A stretch of 64,000 nucleotides of DNA from Kudoa neothunni (Eukaryota > Animalia > Cnidaria), in assembly GCA_964304625.1 (NCBI GenBank), contig OZ199838.1, positions 1,777,927-1,841,926 of the forward strand. Direction: 5' to 3'. Below the pieces are notes generated by a model that was not told the origin of the DNA, did no database searches, and worked only from the letters and a program-made list of their open reading frames with translations. Below, piece by piece: positions 12,401 through 23,498 of this stretch. Position 1 is the first letter of the stretch; every line of letters begins with the position of its first letter. The position numbers were made by a program, and so were the translations under genes.

Positions 12401-12475
12401 ATTATAGTGTCAGCTATTGGTGCTTTAGTGGTAGTAATAGTTGGAGGGGTTATGTTAAAGAAGAAACGTGATTAA
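9472..12475 (+). CDS. Novel type I membrane protein (~862 aa): signal peptide, ~7 Cys-containing fibronectin type III-like modules, TM helix, 5-aa tail
   Basis: Exons 9472-9514, 9556-9972, 10017-10587 (one extra A in the run at 10271-10279), 10633-10962, 11003-11305, 11345-11833, 11906-12226, 12273-12291, 12336-12353 and 12397-12475 join in frame through GT-AG introns. N-terminus MMNIAKGGVFFYFILCVLKNYHVNA; FN3 signatures VTIEDLEPNTSYDIRVIA, LTYDKLSPRTKY and FTIEGLPDGNNYYLTV; C-terminus IIIIVSAIGALVVVIVGGVMLKKKRD*. Confidence 0.85.
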
Positions 12476-13815
12476 GCCTATTCCATAAACTAACGATAAT
12501 TTATATTATTATGAACAATTGCCATATATTTCGATACTTGTTTTATAGTTATTTAAAATAATTTCCATTTATTTGTTAAGTAAATCTGCACTGATAATTC
12601 GTTATATTTAATAAATCATTGTTGTTTGTATTGATATACTTTAAAATATTCCATAAAAATTTTCCTTCAACCTATTTAGTTTTAATTGATTGTAAAATAA
12701 TGGTAATACAATTAATATTGCACTTAAAATCTTTATATGATTGTATTAACCTTGGATATATTGTTTTGTCAATAAAATATCCATACATGGATATCTTAAT
12801 TAAAAAATTTTTTATTCCTTCTACATGAGTTACTTGTAAAAATTAAATATATTTTTTTAGTATAAATCTAAATTTTATCATAAACAATATCCAATAAATA
12901 AAAACAAAAATTTTTAAATATTTAATAAAATTTAATGATTAAATAAGGTATATAAATGATAATTTTATTATAATCTAATTTCATGGATTCTAAAAAATTT
13001 CCAAAAATGAAGAAACGCTATATAATGGTTATAAAAAATATGTGATAATTAATAAATAATAAATAACATTAGAAAGTTCTAAGGTACACATACGATGATT
13101 CATTTTACTTTTGACATAATAAAATCACACAAAGTTCCTTTACGTTGTGCAAGATATCACTTAATAAGAACGCTACAATTTAAGATATATCAAAAATTTG
13201 TATTTTAATATAAAAAAAAGGAAGCATTCTAATGTATTGAATAATTATAAATAGCTATACTTTATAACTATAAATCAGCTTTTATTTAGAAATTAATAAT
13301 TCTTAACATTAATTTAGGTTAACATTATATTATAAAATTGAATTTATAAACAAAATACCCGACAAATATTAAAATAATTTTCACAATGAAAAAAATCAGA
13401 TCATTCCTTTTGTTGCATCGTTATGCTAATTAATTTTCAAATTATATTTATGCTGAAAATTTCTAATCGATAAAAATAACTTAAAATTTAAACAATATAT
13501 TATCAATATTGTATCACAAAATAATTTTAACATACAAATTGAATTGATCATAGAATTTTAATATTGTAATTAAAATAATATAATACTATTATATAATCTA
13601 CTCATCTCTGTTATCGTTCCACAACATAAATCAAGAATAAATTATTTGTAATTTGAAAAAATAGCAAAATATAGATGCAATTTCGGTCTTATCAAATTGG
13701 AAATGCTATATTTCTATCATATGTGGGGTGGAAAAATATATTAATATTAACCATTAAAAGTATAAATATTAGCGAGTGGTTCTCATGCGCTAAATTTTTA
13801 AATTTCAATCTTAAT

Positions 13816-13835
13816 GCGCGCGCGCCCTGCGTGCG
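13816..13835. promoter_or_regulatory. (GC)5 putative core-promoter motif
   Basis: GCGCGCGCGCCCTGCGTGCG ends 16 nt before the ATG at 13852. Similar motifs precede the CHMP6, RAD51C and MBOAT starts. Confidence 0.5.
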
Positions 13836-13851
13836 ATTCCAAATATAGACA

Positions 13852-14065
13852 ATGGGTGGCCATCACGGCAAAGTTCACGGAATCTTTTACAACCGATTGT
13901 TGTATCGGTAACATGTGTAATTAACGGAATGTAATAAGCTGAAAATTTAGAGTCTATATGTTTTCACCTATCGTGGTGACTCCAATCTGCATGTTACTGG
14001 CTTACGGAGCCAAATCGTCAGTCGATTACTATAGAGATTTAGTTTCGAGGCAAAAAGCTGACTAA
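13852..14065 (+). CDS. 56-aa two-exon single-pass protein, probably a shortened cytochrome b-c1 subunit 8 (Qcr8/UQCRQ-like)
   Basis: Exons 13852-13907 and 13951-14065 (43-nt GT-AG intron) give MGGHHGKVHGIFYNRLLYRVYMFSPIVVTPICMLLAYGAKSSVDYYRDLVSRQKAD*. Size, MG start, HGIF..N...R, a Pro-containing TM and a basic C-terminus resemble Qcr8. Absent from the ORF track. Confidence 0.55.
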
Positions 14066-14170
14066 ACCGTTTTATTATGTTTTAATACTGATTTGTGCGT
14101 TTTTTTGCGAAATGAGCGTAAACTAGATGTGCGCGCGCTTAATCCAAACTCCGAGGTCGGCAAATTTTTG

Positions 14171-15455
14171 ATGTTTAAAAGGAATATTTCGTCTTTGCCG
14201 TTGTCCAATAGGAAAGTAAAAAAAATTAAGAGGTCGTACGGATATTGTGTGAACGATGTGATTGATGTGTTGCGAATTCCAGCGGTCGTTGAGGGTATCG
14301 AAGAGATTAAATCGAAAATTGGTAATTCGTTATTGTTTGATTATCTCTCAAATTATCCATAGAAAATAACCGGCCTCTTTTAACTTATTATGAACCAACC
14401 AAATTTTTTTATATTAATCCGCTGTCTGAAAGCGTCTGTGCTCTTTTTCCAATGGGACTTCCGAGCGGTTATATTTACGAAATATTTGGATCGAATGGAG
14501 TAGGCAAGACCAATTTAATGTATTAAGAGTCGTTCATTTGAACATATAAAATCTCTTTTATAGATATCAAATAATGATTTCATTAATTTTAACGAATAAC
14601 AACCCCAATCCAATTCATATTTTATATATTGGTATGTAAAATTAATTTATTGAATTGAATTATATTATATTATTATATTATATTAATTACATAAAATTGG
14701 ATTATAGATTATTTAAATAGTTTTGGGGTTGAAAAAATCGATTATATGGGTGCGAAATTGAATAAAGAGAAGGTAGGTCAGTTTTTAGATTGAATCGCCT
14801 GATAAATTGAGTGGTTGTGATTATAGTGGGAAAATTTGAGAAATAATTCTTCGCAATTTGACGAATGTTTTCAGCAAATAAACGTTTACAATTTGGCCGA
14901 ATTTATGGCTGTTTTGTACAATCTGGACAGTTTTTATCATAACTTGGACAATGCCCAAGTAAATCGAGTCAAGAAAATATTTTTAAAAACTCAGCATCTC
15001 TATCTATTTTAGAATAATTTTATTCTAATTCTACCCAAAATAACAGACTTATTTTGGATTCATCTCGACGACTACAAACATCGTTACACTATGATGAATG
15101 TAATGATGGATTTACTTCACGAATTGTGTTTGAAATATTATCTCACAGTATTTTTATATTAATATTATGTTTTTATAATTGTCTCATAAATCCAATTTTA
15201 GATATTCGTCACCAGTAACAATGTAAGCAAGTTTGAGAACGGAAAATTTTTAGGACATGTTTCTCCACTAAGTAATTCAACTCAAAATTACGAATTATTT
15301 GAAAATATTTCAATTTAGATAATTGGAGCAGGAAATTTTCCGCACGAATTGTGCTATTTTGGGAACAATCTGATCGTTGTATGATGTTGGAACGTTGTGA
15401 TTTTTACCCCAAAAAAAGAGTCCATTTTGAGATAGATGATGAAATTATATTATGA
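14171..15455 (+). CDS. RAD51C: RAD51 paralog, RAD51C-like (multi-exon)
   Basis: N-terminus KRNISSLPLS (RAD51C QRDLVSFPLS); GLPSGYIYEIFGSNGVGKT Walker A; ILDS Walker B; C-terminal WSRKFSARIVLFWEQSDR...VHFEIDDEIIL* versus RAD51C WGHAATIRLIFHWDRKQR..VLFQI. Confidence 0.75.
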
Positions 15456-15515
15456 TGCGCAAGACAAAACAACGAATTTTATTAATAAACAAATTACATA
15501 TATACATACACACAT

Positions 15516-15761
15516 TCACTTATCGTGATCAGTTTTTTTATAAAATTTGAAGGGATTAATTATTTTGTGATTGGTTTGAGTTTGATCCAACCCAAATGAT
15601 ATCTATCCTGAGGGGGTTTAAGAACGCTTTCCCAATATTCTTTTGAATCCTTTTGGTTCTTTTTCTGGCTGCTTAGTTCGAAATTGGAAATGGGTCTTTT
15701 GTTGAATGTATTGTTCAACTGTTCGAAAAAATTACATAAGTTCAAATTGAAAAATCCTCAT
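15516..15761 (-). CDS. Possible small hypothetical protein or last exon (~80 aa if two frameshifts are corrected)
   Basis: ORF 15560-15745 has protein-like composition (KDSKEYWESVLKPPQDRYHLGWIKLKP) and is convergent with RAD51C. No family recognised. Confidence 0.3.
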
Positions 15762-16009
15762 TAATTCCGATAAAGTTTAAATTAATTTTTTCTTAATATA
15801 CAAAGTCATAATACTATTTTTTATATTTTATTAAATAACTTAATCTATAAATTCATGACTTTACGTTGATTTAACCATTTTTTATTAAATATTAATCTTC
15901 ATAATATATTAATTTAATTGAGTTATAAATACAGTAAAGTAAATTATTTGAATGCATAAAAATATGTATTTTTATTTGATATGCGTGTGCGCGAAGTTTT
16001 TTAATTTAG

Positions 16010-16871
16010 CCTTCTAAGTAAAATGGGGTAGATTTCTGCCCACGATATTATAGCGTATTAACGGAATATAACTCCTCTCCAGTTTTGGGTGCTTTTTTAT
16101 CTTAATAAAAGTTTTCAGGAAAACGAATTGAAATTTTTCTTTGAAGTACATCAAAAAAGTTAATGTTATTGTAAAAACCCCCTTACATATATAATTATTC
16201 AAAATATTGATAAATGTCATTATAAAAAATCCACGGAAATTCTATTGAGTAAATAATGAATAAATAACGAAACATTGTACATGAGACTGCCGCACGCATG
16301 CGCGATGTTTATATAAGCACGTCCTTCTTTCTATAATACAACGATAGATCCTTATTCTCTCATTATTTTTATACCAGTTATTAAAAATAAGATGACTTTT
16401 CATTAATTTGCTCATTTGTATGTTGTAGAGCGCATGTTAAATCATATGTGAAAATTGTTAATCAATATTCTTAGTTTCGTATTATAGAGAGCGTTAAAAA
16501 AATATGATGTAATTGTTAAATATATTGACAAGTTGTGTGTTTTAGAAAGAGTTTAAAGACATATATGATAACTTTTTGTGAAATATGCACTGTTTTACAG
16601 TGTGTTGTTTAAAGTGCGATAAATTAATTGGCAGCTCTTATAAATTCGGACTAAACGTTAGGATTAAAAAAACCGCTGAGTCACAGCTATAAATTCAATC
16701 ATGCTCCATAAAAATGTAATAACGTAAATATTCGCGCACGCGTGTATAAATATAACGTTAATAATCGGTCATTTATTGAAAATTTACTCAATGAATTTTC
16801 CTCATATTTTGTCAGTCAATGATAAATTTTATTCGGAGGGTGTAATTTTTTCGGCTACTTTACTTAGAAGG
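16010..16871. mobile_element. piggyBac-derived MITE
   Basis: Perfect 13-bp TIR CCTTCTAAGTAAA with degenerate TTAA flanks (TTAG/TAAA). Longer internal inverted blocks (attgagtaaat..aataaat; cacgcRtgcgcga). Ends resemble those of the piggyBac at 59053-60969. Confidence 0.75.
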
Positions 16872-17186
16872 TAAAACGAAATCATTTGTTAATAAATATG
16901 AAATATTCTTAAATCAAGATATGGAAATAATTTTAAATAAATATTTAATGTGTTAAATGACACCCGAATACAGAATATTTTATCAAAAAATTGAATATTA
17001 TTGGAGAGAAAATATGAATGAATTCACCGAGGGCTCATCATTTTATTATAAATATATAATCAGAAATATATATTTATAATGAATAGGATTAAAAATTATT
17101 ATTTCGTTATAAAATTAATTATATTTATAAATTTACGATAAATAAATTAATGTATTAAACAGGAAAATGAGGTGAAATTAGAAAAT

Positions 17187-18467
17187 CTATCTTACCGTCA
17201 CAATTATGGTGTAGTCGACTTCGTAGGCAGACATAAAATCAAACACGCAGAAGTAGTCCAAAGTCACATAGGAATTTTGACGGAAAACCTGGGTGATTCT
17301 CTTGTGGCTAATTTTCTTACGTTTATTATTCAAAGTTATTGTTATATAATTGTATGGATTGGTTCTCCACTTCAAAGGGTCTACCTCGCCCATTACTAGT
17401 GAATGTATGGCCATTACCAACTTGTTAGTTTCTGGAATATATCTCATTCCAATACAGACGTAGGTTCGTTTGGATCCGGATTTACACTGAAGTCTACTTT
17501 GGTTGGTTCGATACTGTTTAATTTTGAGTGGAGGCTTCGGTAACAATATCACCATTTTGTGGGTGGACTCCAATTTGGTACAGGTGAAGTTAACATCTTT
17601 GAGTTTGACATAGGAGTAGAACCTTTCGGTGTGGCCACCATCCACAGTTTTTTTCAGAAGGATCAACTCCATAATGACATCATCAAGATAGATAGTTTCA
17701 TAGGGCACCGAGTCGAATTCAAAGCGAACATTAATTGCTGAATTTTCCTCGTTACACAACACAGTAGACGAAGTAAAGGACAAATTGGAAGAGGGTTTTA
17801 TTTTACATTTGATAGCAATTTCAATATTGGGGCTGGTAGCGGCACCAGCAGCAGTAGTAATGGCGTTATCTTTCGAGTTGTGGGTGGCCAAATTGTAACC
17901 GTTTTCTATGGTCACCAAAATTTTGCTTCGGTTCACATAATACTGAATATGCATCTCCAAACATGGTATTCCCAGCTCGGTTTGTGGATTATAATTGTAT
18001 GTCTCAATAAAGTAGATAAAATTCATCGAATCAATAGCGCAATTCTCATATAATGTTGGACCGATACATTTGTAATCTTCGATCGAGAATTTTTGTAGCT
18101 CCCCCTCAATATCATCTTTATCGGTGGTTTTACTGGATTTTTTTTCTACAACATCGGCAGATCAAATATATCAGTAAGATGATCAGAAGCAGCAACCCAA
18201 TCGCCCACTGGGATTGATATGTAGTAATTTTGAGAGAATTCCTGTCGCAAAAAAAAACAAACATTAAACTTTCTTATTCTCATATGGATGGTTTATAATT
18301 GATAAACTATATTACTTTAATTTTTCGATACAATATTCCAGCAGTCGTATAGCCTCAATACGTACACGACTCATCATACCTAGTCTATCTGCATTGTTGT
18401 GTGAGTTGTTGATAATGCCACCGGTGGTGTTTATGTTTGGTTGAATGGTGTTGTTGGTATTCTTCAT
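17187..18467 (-). CDS. Divergent synaptotagmin (N-terminal TM with Cys cluster, tandem C2 domains); ends uncertain
   Basis: TM segment QWAIGLLLLIILLIYLICRCCRKK at ~18210-18140 (Syt1 PPWALIAI..CCFCICKK). C2A LEMHIQYYVNRSKILVTIENGYNL..FEFDSVPY; C2B VCIGMRYIPETNKLVMAI..ITITLNNKRKKISHKR. The ORF end coincides with a GTAAGA donor, so a further exon is possible. Confidence 0.75.
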
Positions 18468-20009
18468 AAATCATTTCAATAAAAAAACAAGTTATGATAG
18501 TGGGTGAAAACGAAAACAATCGACAATTTAACCAAACATTGTCAAGGTTTCTCTATTGCTTCAACTTGGCACCTCTTTGACTATTCATGTTCCATACTTT
18601 GGAATTACCAACTAAATTGGACATGCAATTTTGAAAAATACGTATCTTTGGACAAATTTTACCCTCAACCCAATTAAATTGACAAAATAAAAATCCTTGT
18701 TTATCACTACGCACAAAACAAACAAACAGCCACCAGAGATTTAGAAATAAACAAATTATTTCTTAATGATGCCAATTAACTGAGATATTTTTGAATAATT
18801 TTGATTAATTGCTCTAAGTGTTGCCCATACATCAAATTCCAGCCAGAAAATAGACTATTTTAATTTATAAAGAAAAAAATTCATAATAACAAGTTCCATC
18901 TTAACTCAATTTTCAAATCGAAAATCGAGAAAACAAAATCTTATTGATTGGTCAAGAGTTTTGTTGACATTGACCCAAAAATTGTACAGCAAAGCAAACA
19001 AGGTAACAGCCAATCAACCCAAAATGACCCATAAACCCGAGTTTTCTAAAGACAATCGATCAACCAACTAAGCACTAACTACTGTTGGTTACTTCATTAT
19101 TCGGTAGCTGTCCGAAAAATTCAAAAAAATAAACGGTATAATAAAATAGATCATATAAAGCTGAGTGAGCAGCCAAGTGAGCACATCGTAGAAAGTCTTA
19201 GCATACAGATTTGATGAAAACAGTGGTCTCAAAACTCGTCTACTCTATAACAATACAATAAATCACACAGACTCCATTTGAGTCCTCAAGAAATACTCTT
19301 ATCAACGATAGAAAACTAATTTTTATTATTTCCCACGTCTCAAAATATAGAAATTGAAAAATATAGGAATATTAATGAAAATAGCATTAATCATAAACAA
19401 AGTTCCGATGAAAATATCCTCACAAAAGAAAAGGCAAAATTAGGATATATACAAATAGGTACACTAACTAAAAATAAAATTAAATATAACGTAATTAGTC
19501 AATTACTTTAAATCAAAAAATATTAAACAATTCTCTCCTTGTTCGACCGAATTCTTTAATTTTTAAAAAATTAGTTAATATAAAATTTTACGAAATTCTT
19601 AGTCCGTTTTGAGAAGTATTTAATATTTACAGTCAACCATACATAATGCACTTATCGGGGTAGCGCGTTTGCTCCAAAATACCACCACCATTCTTAAATC
19701 TTAAAAGATATTTATTTTATTGTATAAATTGTGATACAATAATTATATATTATGTTTACATTAAAATTGAAAAATACGCGGAAATTAAATAAACGTAACA
19801 ACTTAGTAACCGATTTAACCAAATACAGAGAATCACGATAAAGTACATTTACAAAAAATAGTAAAATTTAGATACCCTCGCTAGATTTTAAATATTGTAG
19901 TAGACGAATCTTTACTTAAGTATTTAAGAATGCCGAAGAAGCGTCACTCACTATTCAAACTATATTATTGTAACGGTTGGTTATACAAGGGAGCGATCAA
20001 GGTTGATAC

Positions 20010-20092
20010 ATGTGCAATCAGCAGCAGAGCGTTACGGCACAACCGCCTTTTAAGTTATGACTCGCGGTTTCGAATCCCCCTGCGACCATTCA
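20010..20092 (+). repeat. tRNA-like dispersed repeat (possible SINE head); second copy at 49365-49447 on the minus strand
   Basis: atgtgcaatcagcagcagagcg.ta.g..ac.accgcctt.aag...tg.ctcg..g.t..gaa...tgcgac.attca is shared. A-box-like AGCAGAGCGG and B-box-like GGTTTCGAATCC are present; no intact cloverleaf. Confidence 0.6.
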
Positions 20093-20208
20093 TTACAATT
20101 TTATTAGGTAGAGTCGTCTAGCACACAAACTTTAGCCCTGTTACTAATCAGATTTCAAGTTTGTCATGATCAATAGAAACAAATAATTCAACAATTTTAA
20201 ATGAATTA

Positions 20209-20791
20209 CAGTCGAACATCGATTTTCCTTCCGGATAACGACGTTCTGGTTAATAAAAAAGATAGTATTCGCGCGCATTTTGAAATTTCTACTTCAAAAA
20301 TTGTTTACTTGATTTACCAATAATTTTTACTATTTATCAAGTAAAACAATTTAATTTACTTTATTTGAATTAAAAATATCGGCATATCAACAAACTAAAA
20401 ATATGGAGACTACACAAGAAAAATAGTACATAATTACGAGAGAGGAACACGACTACTACAGAGAAGTAATCTACTTTTTTGAATAATCGGTAAATAATGT
20501 TTATTTAACGTACATATGGGCATAGGATTAGATATAGTATAAATTTATAGAAGAACTGAGTGCTTTAGTCTTAACAGAAAAATTTATAAAGAATTAACCT
20601 AAAAATATTATTGTTTTAAGTTTTACATTGGTATATAAGCTGCATTGTATACGTGGTACTATTGATAAGAAATTGTGATTAGATATTAGATAGTTGTTCC
20701 AGTTTCGGGATAATCGAAAATTTATCGACACTTTATTTCAATAAATTCAAATAAAATTCAAAATATCTTCCGAATAATCAAAGTTTAACTG
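20209..20791 (+). mobile_element. Tigger/pogo-type MITE (copy 1); copy 2 at 42055-42657
   Basis: TA|CAGTCGAACATCGATT ... AATCAAAGTTTAACTG|TA. The internal block aattaaaaatatcgg..atggagact..aaaaatagtacat.att..gagag..aacacg..agtaatctactttt is shared with 42448-42554. Confidence 0.8.
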
Positions 20792-21129
20792 TAATTAAAT
20801 ATTTTTCAACAATATTTAAAATCGCACAAGGGTGGACTGATTATTTCACACAATTTTTATTGTATATCTAGTTTTTAACCCCCGTAGAAATGGACGATGC
20901 GCACAATTAACACACTTAAAAAGTTTATATAATTCGTGGTTTAGTAGCCATTAAAAAGCCCATAAAATTTTGGATGAGAGATCAGACGTCAAATATTAAA
21001 TTGAGGAAATTAAGAATTTAAAATAAATTTAACTCCCAATTGGTGCAATTGGTGATTAGTGAATAATCAGCTGCCTTTAATAAAAGGGGGTTTAAAGTGT
21101 TTCCTGTCTTATTTAATTTCAAATTTATT

Positions 21130-22731
21130 TATTATTGTCTAACCAAACTAGAATTAATTCTATCGTGATATGGTCAGTTGGAATTAGACCAAAATATCAA
21201 TTATTTCCTGTTAATTCTCCAAAAATTGATTTGCACACTGAAAAGAGACTTCTGATGAGTGTTCAAAGCACAATCAGCAAACTCTTACTTTTCTCATAAT
21301 ATACACTGCAAGTGGGCCCGAAACAAATGTGATGTAGTAACCGGGGTAGAATCCATGCCAAATAGCGGACAATGTGAAAGCTTTGACAACACGCCACGAA
21401 TTCGAACGTTTGTAGGTCATTCTAGAGGGCGTTAGCAACCCATCAATTAGTCATAGTTACTCTCTAATCCAATTTGACGTTTGAATATTCCAATTGTCGG
21501 TAACTTGTTTGAAATTGGTGGCCATCTACACACATCGCTCTTTCAACCACCAAAACCAATGAAAAAATATACGTCAATTTTAAATGGATCAACTTGGTCA
21601 ACTAGATCCCAAGTCTGTTTGGCATCAACAGTTCGACAGCCGAACATGGATGCATTACAGCAGGCGGTCATAATAAGAAATGCCCCATAATATTGATATC
21701 GAGTAAAATAACAGATACAAAACGTATAGAAGGCGTATTGTAAAATGGAGCTGGACTTAATGAACTGTTCATCGATGGGCTTGGTAAAGTCAAAAACAGT
21801 GGTGGCAATCAAATTAATTCCTAGATAAAACAATCCTAGCGCGTATTTTCTCAACGCAGGCTTCAAATAACCAAGTTGGTCAACCTACAACTCAGAAACG
21901 AGCTTATCTTTAAAACCGCTTAACAATTGGTTACATTGGACGGAGCAGGTTTCGAATAGAGATATTCGATAAAAAGCGAATAACTACTTGAAGGTCCAAG
22001 CAGCAATGATGGATAAAATAAGCAATAAGCCAAATAATCCAACAAAAATGGAATGCGTTTTTTTGATTTTTTGGCATTGTCTAAATTTTCTAAAAAATGT
22101 TATACTCCTATTCAACAAGAGAGAAAGATCTATAACAGACGAATATCCAAACGAAAATACCTGGACTATACTCAAAGGCTACGTACGAGACTTTTTGTAC
22201 CAGAATCATCATTATTCTGCGAATAATTAAGTTGATAAAATTAAATACCAATAGACAAATACCCTGAAACATCTAATGTATATCCATTGTAATCGTAATA
22301 CATTCGATGAATGTGGCAATAGGAAAGATGTATCATTGCGTATAATAATGTTACGATACCCACCAAATTGTAATGTGTGGTAGGAATCAAATAATGTAGA
22401 CTGTATGAAATTAGAATCATTGATATGGGTTGAAAACATGAGCTAAAATTTTTAAGAACACGTCACACAGCGGTTATTAACATTCGAAGATCAATTACAT
22501 GCCAACAGTGTAATAAATGAAAAATAAACCCGTACAAATGATGAAAAAACAAGTAGATCTATGCCCGATCCTCATAGCTTTTTTCAACAAAAATCCTAGC
22601 GGAAGGCATGCCAACGAACAAAATAGGACACGCACCTAAAAAATAGACTATACTCTATTTGATAACCTAGTTACTACCCTATCTGTTGGAACGCCATAAT
22701 TATTCTCTATTGTGCTGACCAAGTCAAACAT
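21130..22731 (-). CDS. MBOAT-family lysophospholipid acyltransferase (MBOAT1/2-like); 3' end approximate
   Basis: Start MFDLVSTIENNYGVPTDR|VRVLFCSLACLPLG; YQYYGAF..ACCNASMFG; WDLVDQVDPFKI; WNIQTSNWIR; catalytic region FTLSAIWHGFYPGYYITF at 21385-21330. Confidence 0.88.
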
Positions 22732-23498
22732 CTTAACAGAAGAGATTTAATGAATTTTCGGTGTGAATTCAAACTGAAAAGGGGGTGCGCGCATCTAAGT
22801 CAACCACATCAACACTATCTTTAGCTCTAACAAATAAATACACATTACCATTAACACCTATTCACATTTTATTGTGTTTATAAGAACCTATTTTAGGAAT
22901 TTATGCTCTTATTTACGATTTGTGTCTCAAGATTATTCGATAATATTTGATTAACTATTGTTCCTTATCTTATCTTTCAGATAACACCAATGTTTCGGAA
23001 TGTATTAACTCACATTGGGTCAACCGAGCTTAGCGAAGGATAATCAAATTTGATTATATTGGATTACCCTTAATCCATTCGAAATCCCAAAGATTAATTT
23101 CTCAATATTTTAGATTAATTGCGATAAATAATTTATTTGCAATTCAACAATAATTCAGTCAGTCAATGATATTCTATTTCAAATTAAAAATTAATCTTTT
23201 CCAAAATTTAAATAAAATGATATGTATTTAACGCCGAATTGTGTTTAATATTATTTCCATGCTATTTTATTAACTATTAGTATTTATGATTTTAATTATC
23301 GCGTTGATTCTATATTTAACAGGATAAAAAAATATTGGATGATTTTAATGTGGTAAAATAACAATGAATCTTTGTGTATTTTTGGGGGAAGATAATGCAG
23401 AAAATAGAAAATAAGTATAGATTGTGAGATCAATACCAGATTTTACAATTATTAATTGGTCTTGATTATTAAAAAAAATTATTTTTTTCTCTAATTAA

